Assembly: GCA_035063585.1 (NCBI GenBank)
Contig: JAPSGB010000008.1
Coordinates: 96,001-160,000 of the forward strand
Direction of reading: 5' to 3'
DNA: 64,000 bases
Origin: Polyangiaceae bacterium
GTDB taxonomy: Bacteria; Myxococcota_A; Polyangia; Polyangiales; Polyangiaceae
A program made the position numbers and the translations under genes. Shown one piece after another: positions 29,504 through 41,009 of the stretch. The first letter of the stretch is position 1, and each line of letters opens with the position of its first letter. The notes beneath the pieces were generated by a model. That model made no database searches. It saw only the letters and a program-made list of their open reading frames with translations, and was not told the origin of the DNA.

Positions 29504-29989
29504 CTACTCGGTGCGCTTGATGATGTGGAAGCCGAAGGGCGTCTCTACGAGATCCGAGAGCTGTCCGACCTCGAGCGCGAAGGCCGCGCGCGCGAAATGC
29601 GGTTCCATCTGGTCGTGCGCGAAGCGGCCGAGCGCGCCGCCGCGCTCGGCGGCGCCGGGCTCGTCGGAGTACTCGGCGGCGAGCGTGGCGAAATCCTCGC
29701 CGGCGCGGGCCCGGGCGAGCGCCTCCTCGGCGCGTGCCCGCGCCTCGGGCTTGGTGCGAGTGACGCTCGAGCCGGCGCGCATCGAGCCTCGGTACTGGAC
29801 GAGGATGTGGCTGGCCGCGATCTCGCTTGGCTGGTGCGCGCGCTCCTCCGCGCCGCTCGCGCTCGCCGGTGGCTCGGGTCGAGGCGCCACGCGCGGCGGC
29901 TCTCCCGGGCCCTCATAGGTCGTTACCACGCATCCCGCGCTCGCGAGCGCGAGGCAGAGCGAGGCGAGCCAGCGTACGGGAAGCGCCAC
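29504..29989 (-). CDS. Parvulin-type peptidyl-prolyl isomerase lipoprotein
   Basis: Lipobox [35 protein letters not shown]. Confidence 0.92.
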   Translation of the reverse strand: MALPVRWLASLCLALASAGCVVTTYEGPGEPPRVAPRPEPPASASGAEERAHQPSEIAASHILVQYRGSMRAGSSVTRTKPEARARAEEALARARAGEDFATLAAEYSDEPGAAERGGALGRFAHDQMEPHFARAAFALEVGQLSDLVETPFGFHIIKRTE

Positions 29990-30609
29990 TATCGAGCCGG
30001 GCCCGCGGGCGACGGAGGGGGCCGGAGCGGCTGGAGGCGGAAGTTACTGAGCGCCGGCTTGGTCATGTCGACCCGGGGCACCTTGCGCGCGCCCGGGCCG
30101 GGCGCCTCGTCCGCCGCGGGAGCGTCGGCGGCCGCTGGAGCGTCGGCGGCCGTCACCCCGCTCGCGCGGGAGCCCGAGACCAACCCGAGCGCGCCGACGA
30201 TCCCGAGGGCGATGAGCGCGATGAGCACGGCCCACGGCGCCCAGTCCGGAAGCCAGTCATCGCCGCTCTCGGAGGCCGCCGGGGGTTTGCGTTCGAACGA
30301 GCGTGGGAGCTTGGCCGCGACGGGGCGCTTCTGAACGGCGGGGGCCGCTTCCTCGGGCTCGTCTTCGTCGTCTTCGTCGTCTTCGTCGTCTTCGTCGTCT
30401 TCGTCGTCTTCGTCGTCTTCGTCTGCTTCGTCTGCTTCGTCTGCTTCGTCTGCTTCGTCTGCTTCGTCGACGGCTTCGGTCGCGGGCCTCCGCGCGTCGC
30501 CGGTCGCGCCCTTGGAGTCGCCCGCGCTCGCGAGGGCGCTCGGCTCCGGCTCGTCGTCGCCCTGCTGCCAGGGCGGCTTGGCGTCCGCTCGCTTCGTATC
30601 GTCAGCCAT
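29989..30609 (-). CDS. Hypothetical single-TM protein with acidic repeat
   Basis: (DEA)5(DED)7 tract followed by [20 protein letters not shown] segment. Confidence 0.7.
   Translation of the reverse strand: MADDTKRADAKPPWQQGDDEPEPSALASAGDSKGATGDARRPATEAVDEADEADEADEADEADEDDEDDEDDEDDEDDEDDEDEPEEAAPAVQKRPVAAKLPRSFERKPPAASESGDDWLPDWAPWAVLIALIALGIVGALGLVSGSRASGVTAADAPAAADAPAADEAPGPGARKVPRVDMTKPALSNFRLQPLRPPPSPAGPAR
30361..30468 (-). repeat. Compound 9-bp tandem repeat
   Basis: + strand (gtcttcgtc)x7 then (tgcttcgtc)x5, all perfect. Confidence 0.95.
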
Positions 30610-31462
30610 TGCCGCCTCCTGCCGAGCCCGAGATCTCCGCCCAGGAGTTGGTGATCACCGCGTCGGGTCGATCCGCAGCGAACGCGCGCAGCGCGAGCCG
30701 ACCGCCGTCGAGCTTCCAGCCCTCGGTGCGGATCGTCTCGCCCGGCCACACGGGCTTGCGGAACTGCGCGTGAAACTGCGTGAGGCGATTCGCGTCCCCG
30801 CCGCACGCCTCCGCGATGACCGCGCGGGCGACGAAGCCGTAGGTGCAGAGCCCGTGTAGGATGGGTCCCTGCGGGAAGCCGACCATGGCAGCGAAACCCG
30901 GATCGGCGTGGAGCGGGTTCAGATCGCCGCTCAAGCGGTAGAGCAGCGCCTGCTCGGGCGACGTCGCGGCCTCACGAGTAAAGTCCGCCGCGCGCTCCGG
31001 CACCGCGGGCACGTCCGCCTTGGGCGGGGGCTCGCCGCCAAACCCACCCGCGCCGCGAACCAGGATCCCCCACTCGGTGTCGAACACCGGCTTGCCGTCG
31101 ATCTCCGTGCGTGTGGTGAGCGTGACCTGGGCCATCTTCTTCATGTCGTAGAGGCCGGTGACCTCGCCGGTCGTCTGCATGGTTCCCTCGGAGGGGATGG
31201 GCCGGTGCAGACGGACGCCCTGCGAGCCGTGGACCACCATGGCGAGATCGCACCGGGTCTTGCCGAGCATGTCGGCGACCGCCGCGAGCGCCGGCACCAC
31301 CGCGAAGGTCGGAAACACCTTCGGCCCCCTCGACTCGTAGAGATAGTCGAGCTCGTCCTTGCGAGCGCCGATGCCGAGCGCGTAGAGGACGACCGTCTTC
31401 CAATCGTACTTGAATTCGTAGGGTTCGGTCTTGTAGCCAGCGGCGGACGGATCGAGGCTCAT
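30602..31462 (-). CDS. MaoC-like double-hotdog (R)-enoyl-CoA hydratase
   Basis: LYALGIGA, YRLSGDLNPLHADP, PILHGLC, FRKPVWPG. Confidence 0.92.
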   Translation of the reverse strand: MSLDPSAAGYKTEPYEFKYDWKTVVLYALGIGARKDELDYLYESRGPKVFPTFAVVPALAAVADMLGKTRCDLAMVVHGSQGVRLHRPIPSEGTMQTTGEVTGLYDMKKMAQVTLTTRTEIDGKPVFDTEWGILVRGAGGFGGEPPPKADVPAVPERAADFTREAATSPEQALLYRLSGDLNPLHADPGFAAMVGFPQGPILHGLCTYGFVARAVIAEACGGDANRLTQFHAQFRKPVWPGETIRTEGWKLDGGRLALRAFAADRPDAVITNSWAEISGSAGGGNG

Positions 31463-31527
31463 CGGCGGTACTCCTTGCCGGCGAGAGCGTTAGTGACCGA
31501 GGGGCGTGAAGTCAACGGCCAGCCGAC

Positions 31528-32268
31528 ATGAGCGCCGCACCCGGACTGCTGACCACGCTCATCGCCGCGTTCGAGTCGAACGGCGTGGAGCTCCGCGCCT
31601 GGGGCCTCGCCTGGGCGCGTGTGACGCCGACCATGGTGCTGGTGCCAGCGTTCGGCCTTCGCGCGGTGCCCGGCGCGGTCCGCGCCGCGCTCGGCCTCGC
31701 GCTCGGCGCGGCGGTAGCGCCCGCGCTCCACCCGGTCGCGTCGAGCGCGTTGCCGTGGCCGGCGCTCTTGGCCGAGCAGGCCGCGCTCGGGCTCCCGGTG
31801 GCGCTCACCGCGGCCACCGCGCTCTATGTCGCGAGCATGACCGGGGGCGTCATGGATGATCTCCGCGCGGGCCGCGAGTCGGCGGCGCTACCGAACGTGG
31901 AGCCCGGCGCGACCCCGCTCGGCGCGCTCTTGGCGATGCTGGTCGCGATCGTCTTCCTCGAGACCGGCGGCCCCGCGCGGGTGGTCGAGGCGCTCGCCGA
32001 TCCCGCGCTCGAATTCCACGGCGCGCTGGCGCGCGCGGCCGCGCAGTTGGCGCACGGCGTCGAGGTCGCGGTCGCGGTCGCTGCGCCCGTCGTGATCGCG
32101 TCACTGGTCGTGGAGGTCGCCGGCGCGCTGGTGGCCCGGGCGGCGAGCCCCGCGTACGTACAGCCGCTGCTCGCGCCGCTCCGCAGCCTAGCGATCCTCG
32201 CGGTCGCCGCGCTCCTCTTCGAGCGCATGGCGGAGCTGCTCGCGCTGCTCGCGCGCCGGAGCCCGTGA
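31528..32268 (+). CDS. fliR: FliR/SctT-like type III export apparatus membrane protein
   Basis: ARV..VPAFG..VPGAVR, E..LG..G..D.LR, ..E...ALVARAASP....PL; ~250 aa polytopic. Confidence 0.65.
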   Translation: MSAAPGLLTTLIAAFESNGVELRAWGLAWARVTPTMVLVPAFGLRAVPGAVRAALGLALGAAVAPALHPVASSALPWPALLAEQAALGLPVALTAATALYVASMTGGVMDDLRAGRESAALPNVEPGATPLGALLAMLVAIVFLETGGPARVVEALADPALEFHGALARAAAQLAHGVEVAVAVAAPVVIASLVVEVAGALVARAASPAYVQPLLAPLRSLAILAVAALLFERMAELLALLARRSP

Positions 32269-32274
32269 GCGCGC

Positions 32275-33009
32275 TCAGAGCGGCACGCGATAGCCGACGT
32301 TCACGGTCGCGCTCAGCACCGCGTTTCGGCCGGACAGCGAGGCCTCGTCACCGAGCGGATCGCTCGCCGGCTCGCTCGGCAGGAACCAGCCGCCGTAGCG
32401 GAGATCTCCGCCGAGCGTCCAGTGCGCGTCGAGCCGATAGGTGAGCCCCGCCGCGAGCCCGAGCGCGTAGCCTTCGGTTCGGATGGTGACGCCGCGCGGG
32501 CCTACCAGCGCCTTGTCGTCCGACCCGGACGACGTCGCGTAGGTGTCACCCACCACCACGAGCCCGCCGCTCGGGCCCACCCACGCCTCGAAGCTCTCGC
32601 CGAGGTACGGGTAATACCGCGCGAGCGCCTCGACCATGAGGTAGCGCCGGCTGTGATCACGAGTGATCCCCGGTGGATCTTGCCGCGGAGCGTCGGTGGT
32701 CGGGATGAGCCCGAGCGTGATCCCCGCGCCGACGTCGAAGAGCGGCGAGGCGCGGTAGAGCGGCGCGATCCGGAGGATCGGGCTGGTGTCGCCCTCGGAG
32801 CAGTCGCCCGCGCCGCGCTCGGCGCATACGTCGGCGCCGGGTAGCACGAGCCAGCCGAGGCCGAGCTCCGCGACGCCGAGCCGCTCGGGGCGTGCGCGGT
32901 GCCGCTCGACGTCGAGCCCGGGCGGCGCGGCTGGCTCGCCGCGCGCCGCGCCGCCCAGCGTGAGCGTGAGCGCCGCGGCGGCGAGCCCCGCGGTTCCGCG
33001 CCGCGCCAT
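32275..33009 (-). CDS. Probable outer-membrane beta-barrel protein
   Basis: Start re-picked at MARRGTAG; signal peptide AARG|E; amphipathic strands; C-terminal VNVGYRVPL. Confidence 0.7.
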   Translation of the reverse strand: MARRGTAGLAAAALTLTLGGAARGEPAAPPGLDVERHRARPERLGVAELGLGWLVLPGADVCAERGAGDCSEGDTSPILRIAPLYRASPLFDVGAGITLGLIPTTDAPRQDPPGITRDHSRRYLMVEALARYYPYLGESFEAWVGPSGGLVVVGDTYATSSGSDDKALVGPRGVTIRTEGYALGLAAGLTYRLDAHWTLGGDLRYGGWFLPSEPASDPLGDEASLSGRNAVLSATVNVGYRVPL

Positions 33010-34478
33010 CAGAGCCACCTCCCACCGCCGCCGCCCGCTGCCGGAGCCCGGGTGCCCGGCAGCGAGGGCAGCGGCTCGGATGACGGCGCGGCAGGAGCGC
33101 CGGCGGTCACCGGGGCCGTGGGCGTGGGGAGGGGGTCGGTGCGGCGCGCTGGCCGCGGGGTGGGCTCCGCGGAGGCTGGCGGCGCGGTCGCCGCCGCGGG
33201 CGCCGCGCGCCGCTCGAACCCGGCGAGGCGCGCGGCGACCACCGCGACCACCAGCGCACCCGCGACCAAGCAGGCGGCGATCAGGAGCGTGCGGCGCGTC
33301 CGCTCTGAACGCGTCGGCTCCGCGCTCGTGAGGGGTGCCGGCGGCGCGGGCTCCGGCGCGCTCGGCGGCGGCGCGCGCTCGGCCTCGCCGGACCGCTCGT
33401 GCCGCTGCGTGCGCTCCAGGCTCGCGAGTGACGGCGCCCCGCGCGGGCCGAGCAGCGTGCTCTGCCCGAGAGCGTCCTCCGGAGACAGTCCGCTCTCGCT
33501 GAGCGCCGCGAGGAGCGCGCGCCCAAGCTCCCGAGCGTCGGGGCAACGCTCGGCCGGGTCCTTGGCCAGGTTCGCGTCGACCACGCGCGCGATGGGCTCC
33601 GGGACGTATCCGGCGCGAGCGACCGAGCGGAGCGGGCGCGGCGGCGCGCTCACGTGCTGGATCAGGATGCCGACGGGGTTGTTCGCGTCGAACGGCGTCT
33701 CTCCCGCGAGGCATCGATAGAGCATGGTCGCGAGCGAGTAGACGTCACCCGCGGGGCCCACCGCCTCACCGCGCGCGCCCTCCGGCGAGACATAGCGCGG
33801 GGTGCCGAAGATCACCCCCGTCTGGGTGGCGAGGGAGCCATCGGGCTCCGTCATGCGCGCGACCCCGAAGTCGAGCACCTTGACGAAATCGTCATCGCCG
33901 CCGCGCCTCACGAGCATCACGTTCTCCGGCTTGAGATCGCGATGCACGACGCCCTGCGCGTGCGCTTCGCCCACCGCGTCGCATACCTGGAGCATGACAT
34001 GGAGCGCGCGGAGGAGCGGGAGCGCGCCGCCCGCGGCGCCGAGCGCCGACTCGAGCGAGACGCCGTCGAGGTACTCCATCGCGAGGTAGCCCTCGCCACC
34101 GACCTCGTCGCTCGCCTGCTCGAGCTCGCCGGTCATCAGCACCTCGACCACGTTCGGGTGGGTGAGCCGGCTCGCCACCCGCGCTTCGCGGCGGAAGCGA
34201 GCGATCACGGTGGGCTTGCGGAGGAGGGCTCGGTGTAAGACCTTGAGCGCGACGTCGCGCTCGATGCCCCGCTGGTGAGCGCGATACACGCGGCCCGTGG
34301 CGCCGATCCCGATGAGCTCGCGGAGCTCGAGCTGACCTGCCACCAAGAGCCCGAGATACGGGTCATCCGTGAGCCGTGCCTTCTCTGCCCCGAGCGGCGC
34401 GCCGTCGCGCGGACAGAAGAGCACGCTCGGGGCATAGCGCTCCCCGCACTTCGAGCAGACCCTCCGCGCCTGGTCCAT
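33009..34478 (-). CDS. Membrane Ser/Thr protein kinase with N-terminal zinc-ribbon-like motif
   Basis: CSKC..FCPRDG; GIGATG, HRDLKPEN, DFG, YVSPE; TM and Pro-rich tail. Confidence 0.93.
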   Translation of the reverse strand: MDQARRVCSKCGERYAPSVLFCPRDGAPLGAEKARLTDDPYLGLLVAGQLELRELIGIGATGRVYRAHQRGIERDVALKVLHRALLRKPTVIARFRREARVASRLTHPNVVEVLMTGELEQASDEVGGEGYLAMEYLDGVSLESALGAAGGALPLLRALHVMLQVCDAVGEAHAQGVVHRDLKPENVMLVRRGGDDDFVKVLDFGVARMTEPDGSLATQTGVIFGTPRYVSPEGARGEAVGPAGDVYSLATMLYRCLAGETPFDANNPVGILIQHVSAPPRPLRSVARAGYVPEPIARVVDANLAKDPAERCPDARELGRALLAALSESGLSPEDALGQSTLLGPRGAPSLASLERTQRHERSGEAERAPPPSAPEPAPPAPLTSAEPTRSERTRRTLLIAACLVAGALVVAVVAARLAGFERRAAPAAATAPPASAEPTPRPARRTDPLPTPTAPVTAGAPAAPSSEPLPSLPGTRAPAAGGGGGRWL

Positions 34479-34587
34479 TCGGCCAAAATCCCGATTCGCG
34501 GCCAGGCTAGCACGCGCGCTTCGACGCTCCGAGTCGGGATGAGAAAAGCAATCCCGGCGGGCGGCCTATCGACTAGGCTCGGGCCCC

Positions 34588-35265
34588 GTGCTCTCGGCCG
34601 ACCTCGTCCGCCGCATCGTCCTCAACCTGGTCCCTATGGTGCTGTCGCTCACCGTGCACGAGTTCGCTCACGCGTACGTCGCGGATCGGCTCGGTGACGA
34701 CACGCCGCGGCGCCAGGGGCGGCTCACCTTGTCGCCGATGGCCCACTACGACGTCTTCGGCACGCTCCTCGTCCCGATCGCGGCGGTGTACTTCGCTGGT
34801 TTTGCCATGATCGGTTGGGCGCGCCCCGTCGAGTTCTCTCCGGCCGCGCTCTCACGGCGGTTCACCATGCGCACTGGCGCGGCGCTCGTCGCGCTGGCCG
34901 GCCCGCTCTCGAACCTGGCCCTCGCGGTGCTGTCCCTCGGCGCGCTGGCAGCGACGCTGCATTTTCGCCCCGACTGGCTGGTGGCGGGCGCGCCGGCGGT
35001 GGCGCTCCTCCAGTCGATGTACATCATCAACGTGGGGCTCTGCATCTTCAACCTCCTGCCCTTGCCGCCACTCGACGGCAGTCGGCTGCTGCCGCGGAGC
35101 CTCGACGACCTCCAGCAGGCGGTCGCGCCGTATTCGTTCCTGCTCTTGCTGGCCATCCTCTACTCGGGGACGCTTCGGCACGTGCTCCTCGAGGTCCCGA
35201 TGCAGGTCGTCGCCGGCGGGCTCGAGGCGCTCTTTCGGATCCGCGTGTTCGGAGGGCTCTCGTGA
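34588..35265 (+). CDS. Site-2 protease (peptidase M50)
   Basis: HEFAH, AGPLSN, NLLPLPPLDG. Confidence 0.93.
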   Translation: MLSADLVRRIVLNLVPMVLSLTVHEFAHAYVADRLGDDTPRRQGRLTLSPMAHYDVFGTLLVPIAAVYFAGFAMIGWARPVEFSPAALSRRFTMRTGAALVALAGPLSNLALAVLSLGALAATLHFRPDWLVAGAPAVALLQSMYIINVGLCIFNLLPLPPLDGSRLLPRSLDDLQQAVAPYSFLLLLAILYSGTLRHVLLEVPMQVVAGGLEALFRIRVFGGLS

Positions 35266-36190
35266 GCGAAGACGAGCCCGAGGCTTCGCCGGTCGCCGAC
35301 GGCGCGGGCGGCGGCTACCGCGTCGCGCTCCCGATCTTCGAGGGGCCGCTCGACCTCCTGCTCCACCTCATCCAGGAGCACGAGCTCGACATTCGCGACA
35401 TCCCCATCGGTTTTGTCACGGAGAAATACGTCGAATACATCAAGCTCATGCAGGAGCTGAACATCGACGTCGCGAGCGAGTATCTCGTCATGGCGGCGAC
35501 GCTCGCGCACATCAAGTCGAAGATGCTCCTGCCGACGCCGCCTGCCGACCAGGACGGCTCGGATGACCTCGACGAGCTCGACCCTCGCGGCGAGCTCGTC
35601 CGCCGACTCCTCGAGTACCAGAAGTACAAGCAGGCAGCCGCCGATCTCGCCGATCGCAGCGTGCTCGGGCGCGACGTCTTCGGGCGTGGAGCCCCTGCGC
35701 CGAGCGTCGACGGACCGGCGCCGCTCGCGTCGATCAGCCTCTTCTCGCTGCTCGACGCCTTTCAAGGCGTTTTGTCGCGCGCCAAGATCACGGTCGATCA
35801 CGAGATCGATTTCGAGCGCTTCTCGATCGCCGATCGCATCAACGAGGTGGTCGACCTGCTCCGCGGGCGAGAGGTGGTGCGGTTCGAGGAGCTCTTCGAG
35901 GGGGCGCGCACGCGCGGCGACCTGATCCTCACCTTCCTCGCGCTGCTCGAGATGACGAGGCTTCGCATCACGCGCCTCCGGCAGGAGGTGCCGCTCGCTC
36001 CCATTTTCATCGAGCTCGCGGTGACCGAGGGCGAGGCGAGCTCGCTCGCCTCGCAGGCGAGCGAGGACGTGGGAGCGCCCGCGGCGGAGCCCGAGCCCGT
36101 GGCGCGCGCGCCGCGCCGAGCCGACCCAAGCGAGACGACCGACGACGAGCCCGCCGCGGAAGAGGAAGCGCCGGGCACGGAGCACGACTG

Positions 36191-36191
<1 letters not shown>
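35262..36191 (+). CDS. scpA: Segregation/condensation protein A
   Basis: FEGPLDLLLHLI, EYLVMAATL..IKS, TFLALLEM; start GTG 35262. Confidence 0.95.
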
Positions 36192-37513
<1,322 letters not shown>

Positions 37514-37546
37514 GCTCGCGTCGTGCGTCTGGCGCGGCTTCGGCGA

Positions 37547-37888
37547 CTATTTCGCGGGGCTTGCCGGGTCGGAGTACTTCTCGGCGAGCTTTGCGACCTG
37601 AGCGAAGAGCTCGGGGTGCTCGAGCAGCTTACGGACGACCTCCCACAGCCGGGGCTCGTCGAGCAGCTGGAGTCCGGTCTTCTTGGCCTTGCCGCGCGGC
37701 GCCCGAACGATGGCGTCGGGGCCCTTCTTTCGTAGCGCCTCCATCATCGTCACGTGTCGCTTGGTCGGGAACGTCTCTCCCGTCTCCCAGGCGAGCACGG
37801 TCTTCTGATCGAGGTCGAGCGCTGCTGCGAGCTCGCGCGTGGAGCACTTGAGCTCTTCGCGGAGCTTCTTGAGGTCGTCGGAGAGCAC
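37547..37888 (-). CDS. XRE-family HTH protein
   Basis: LKKLREELKCSTRELAAALDLDQKTVLAWETG; start GTG 37888. Confidence 0.85.
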   Translation of the reverse strand: MLSDDLKKLREELKCSTRELAAALDLDQKTVLAWETGETFPTKRHVTMMEALRKKGPDAIVRAPRGKAKKTGLQLLDEPRLWEVVRKLLEHPELFAQVAKLAEKYSDPASPAK

Positions 37889-38021
37889 GCGCCGACCGTA
37901 GCACCGCTCGACCGGGGCCGTACGACGCAACCGGGCATGGGCCTCGCCCGATGCGGCCCGCATGCGCTCCGGTCATCCGACGCCTGTCTGCTCGCCGCTG
38001 CGAGCTCGTCGCGCTCGTCGC

Positions 38022-39500
38022 ATGGCCGCCGCCCGGGCGCTCGAGCTCGCGCTCGGCGCCATCGCGTTGGGCTGCCAGGCCCCGCTCCCGGACCTGCCGG
38101 ACCGCGTCGAATCCGCGGATGCAGGAGCCGACGCCGAGGCGGCGGCGCTCGTGATCGAGCCCGCGGGGGACGCGAGCGCGGCACCGCCGGTGCTCCGCCT
38201 GCGGGTGTCGGCGCCGGGCGACGCGGGCCTGGTGCCGTTGCTCTTCGAGGGGGAGCTCGGGAGCTATCATCTCGGGAAGATCAAGAAAGGGGACCTCCCG
38301 GCGACCCTCCGCGCGCGGAGCCTGCCCGTGCTCGCCTGGAGCGCTCCGGGATACGCGGTCGTCGCACCGACCGCGGCGTTGACGCCCGGCGCGAGCTACA
38401 GCGTGGCCAGCGAGGGGCTCGGCCTGCTCGGCACCTTCGAGGTCGTGGCGGACGGCGTGCCCGTCCTCGCCCGGCTCTGGCCTCCGCCCGGAGCGGCCGG
38501 CGCGGTCGCCGTCTATTGCGGGGAGCCCGGCGATGCGCCGCGCGAGGGGGGGAGCGTGACGCTCGAGCCCGCCGGAGTCCTGGCGCGCTTCACGCCGGGA
38601 GCGCTCGATGCGGGGCTGCTCGAGGATCGCTGTGTCACGCTGGACGTAGCTCGCGCGCTCGATGAGTCGGACGGCGCGCTCGCGCCGCCGCTCAGGGTCG
38701 GTGCCGCCGCGCTGGAGCCGGAGCCGCTCGGGGGCGCTCCCGCGCCGCAGGGTACTCGCGCGGCCTGCGAGGCAGGCGAGCGCCCCCTCGGCCCGGGCTG
38801 CGCGAGCGTGGATGACGATCGCATCGTGGTGCGCGCTCCGAGCGACGCGCGGCTCTGGTGCCTCGTGAGCAGCCGCGTCACGCTGCTGCGCGCGGTCCCC
38901 GGTGGTACGCGGTTCGTGGTGCGGGGCTGGGCGCCGCTCGAGCTCGCCCGGGTCGCGGTCACGGTGGCGGACGGCGCGGGGAACCTCGAGCGGGCCGCGG
39001 ACGAGCTCACCTTCCTCCCGGCGCGCCCGCATGTCGTCATCAGCGAGGTGCTCGCAAACCCTAGCGGGCGCGAGCCTGCCCAGGAGTGGGTGGAGCTCGT
39101 GAACGACGGCAGTCTCGCCGTCGAGCTCGAGGGTTGGGCGCTCAGCGACGGCGCCGGCGAGACGATCTTGCCGGCGCTGCGGCTCGAGCCCGGCGCGTAC
39201 GCGCTCGTGGTGCGCGAAGACTTCGTGCGGGACGACGGCGCGGACGTGCCCGTGCCCGGCGACGTCCCGCTCCTCGTGGTGCGCGAGCTCGGCAAGAGCG
39301 GGCTCTCGAACTCGGGCGAGGCGCTCGAGTTGCGAGAGCCGTCGGGGGTCGTCCGCTCGCGGTTCCCTGCGCGGAGCGCCTCGAAGGCCGGCGTCAGCAT
39401 CGCGCGCCGCGAGCCGGGCTCGCTCGATGACGACGCGCTGGCGTTCGGCCGGAGCGGGGAAGCGGGAGCCACCCCGGGCGCGCCGAACACGCTCGAGTGA
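38022..39500 (+). CDS. Lamin-tail-domain lipoprotein
   Basis: Lipobox ALGC; VVISEVLANP..EWVELVN, LSNSGE, TPGAPN. Confidence 0.8.
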   Translation: MAAARALELALGAIALGCQAPLPDLPDRVESADAGADAEAAALVIEPAGDASAAPPVLRLRVSAPGDAGLVPLLFEGELGSYHLGKIKKGDLPATLRARSLPVLAWSAPGYAVVAPTAALTPGASYSVASEGLGLLGTFEVVADGVPVLARLWPPPGAAGAVAVYCGEPGDAPREGGSVTLEPAGVLARFTPGALDAGLLEDRCVTLDVARALDESDGALAPPLRVGAAALEPEPLGGAPAPQGTRAACEAGERPLGPGCASVDDDRIVVRAPSDARLWCLVSSRVTLLRAVPGGTRFVVRGWAPLELARVAVTVADGAGNLERAADELTFLPARPHVVISEVLANPSGREPAQEWVELVNDGSLAVELEGWALSDGAGETILPALRLEPGAYALVVREDFVRDDGADVPVPGDVPLLVVRELGKSGLSNSGEALELREPSGVVRSRFPARSASKAGVSIARREPGSLDDDALAFGRSGEAGATPGAPNTLE

Positions 39501-39613
39501 GCTCGGCGCGGTAGGCCCCGCGCGGTCCGCGCCCCGCGCGGCCCGCTCCCCGGTCGCCGGCCGCGACGGATCGGCCACCCAGGACCTCCGCTGACGCGGC
39601 TGCCCGCCGCCGC

Positions 39614-40978
39614 TCAGGTACCGGCGATGGTCATCGAGGCGACGCGGAAGGTGGGCGCCGCGGTCGAGGTCTTGAGCTCGAGATCGCTGGCCACCGCGTC
39701 GACTCCTTTCAACATGGAATCGAGGCTCGAGGAGACGGTGATCTCGCTCACGGGGAAGGCGAGCTGGCCGTCCTCGATCCAGAAGCCAGCCGCGCCGCGC
39801 GAGTAGTCGCCGGTGAGCGGGTTGAAGCCGAAGCCCATCATCTCCGTGACGTAGAGGCCGCGTCCGGTCGACGCGATGAGCTCGTCGCGGCTCATCGCCC
39901 CGGCTTGCATCGTGAAGTTGGTGGTGCCGGCCGAGATCGACCCGCCCGAGCGATGCGCGCTCGCGGTCGACTCGAGGCCGAGCTTGCGCGCGCTGTAGCA
40001 GTCGAGGAGGAACGTCTCGAGCACGCCGTCCTTTACCACCACGTTCCGGCGCGATCGGAGCCCCTCGCCGTCGAAGGCGCGGGAGCCGAGGGCGCGCGGG
40101 ATCAGCGGGTCGTCGATCAGCGTGACGAGCGGGCTCGCGACCACGGTCCCCACGCGGTCGACGAGGTAGCTCGACTTTCGCCAGACCGCGCCGCCGGTGA
40201 TGCACCCAGCGAAGGTGCCGATGAGGGAGCGCGCGACGTCGGGATCGAAGACCACCGGCGCCTCGCAGGTCGGCACCTTGCGCGCGCCGAGCTTGGCGAG
40301 CGTGCGCCGCGCCGCCTCGCGACCGACCTCGAGCGTATCCTCGAGATCTGCGAGGTATCGTGCGCCCGTCCAGTAATGGCCGCGCCGGCGCTTGCCGCCC
40401 TCGTCCTCGACGACCGGTGAGACGACCAGCGACGCGTACGACCCGGTCACCCGCGCCGTGAAGCCGCTCGAGAGCACCATCACCCCGGTCGACTCGCTGC
40501 GGGAGAAGGTGGCGCCCTCGCTCAGGGTGATGCGCGGATCGAAGTCGAGCGCGGCGCGCTCCGCGTCGCGCGCTCGCCGGAGCGCTTCGCTGGCGTCGAT
40601 CGCGCCCGTCCGGGGGTCGTAGAGCTCGAGCGCGGGGTGGGGCGGCTGGGCGAGGGCGCTCGGCTCGGCGGGCCCCGCCGCGGCGTCGGGCTGGCTCAGC
40701 TCGGCGAGCATGAGGGCGTCCGCGACGCAGCGCTCGAGCCCCTCGGGGGAGAGATCGCTCGTCGAGGTGAGCGCCACGCGCTGCTCCTTGATCACGCGGA
40801 GCGAGACGCCGCGATGCCCGGCCTCCTCGACCAGCTCCGGCTCACCGAGGCGGACTCGCGTAGAGAGCTCCCAGCCCGCGCGCGCGCTCGCCTCGGCGAC
40901 CTCCGCGCCCCGCGCGCGCGCTCGCTCGACCACCTGGGCGCAGAGCTCGGTGAGCGCGTCGCCATCGCTCTCATTCAT
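39614..40978 (-). CDS. pmbA: PmbA/TldE family protein
   Basis: DDP..FDGEG, TGDYSRGA.GFWIE.G, PV.EIT; lacks the TldD HExxxH motif. Confidence 0.9.
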   Translation of the reverse strand: MNESDGDALTELCAQVVERARARGAEVAEASARAGWELSTRVRLGEPELVEEAGHRGVSLRVIKEQRVALTSTSDLSPEGLERCVADALMLAELSQPDAAAGPAEPSALAQPPHPALELYDPRTGAIDASEALRRARDAERAALDFDPRITLSEGATFSRSESTGVMVLSSGFTARVTGSYASLVVSPVVEDEGGKRRRGHYWTGARYLADLEDTLEVGREAARRTLAKLGARKVPTCEAPVVFDPDVARSLIGTFAGCITGGAVWRKSSYLVDRVGTVVASPLVTLIDDPLIPRALGSRAFDGEGLRSRRNVVVKDGVLETFLLDCYSARKLGLESTASAHRSGGSISAGTTNFTMQAGAMSRDELIASTGRGLYVTEMMGFGFNPLTGDYSRGAAGFWIEDGQLAFPVSEITVSSSLDSMLKGVDAVASDLELKTSTAAPTFRVASMTIAGT

Positions 40979-41009
40979 GCGGGGAACCTGTCGCGGCCGG
41001 CGCCGCTCG

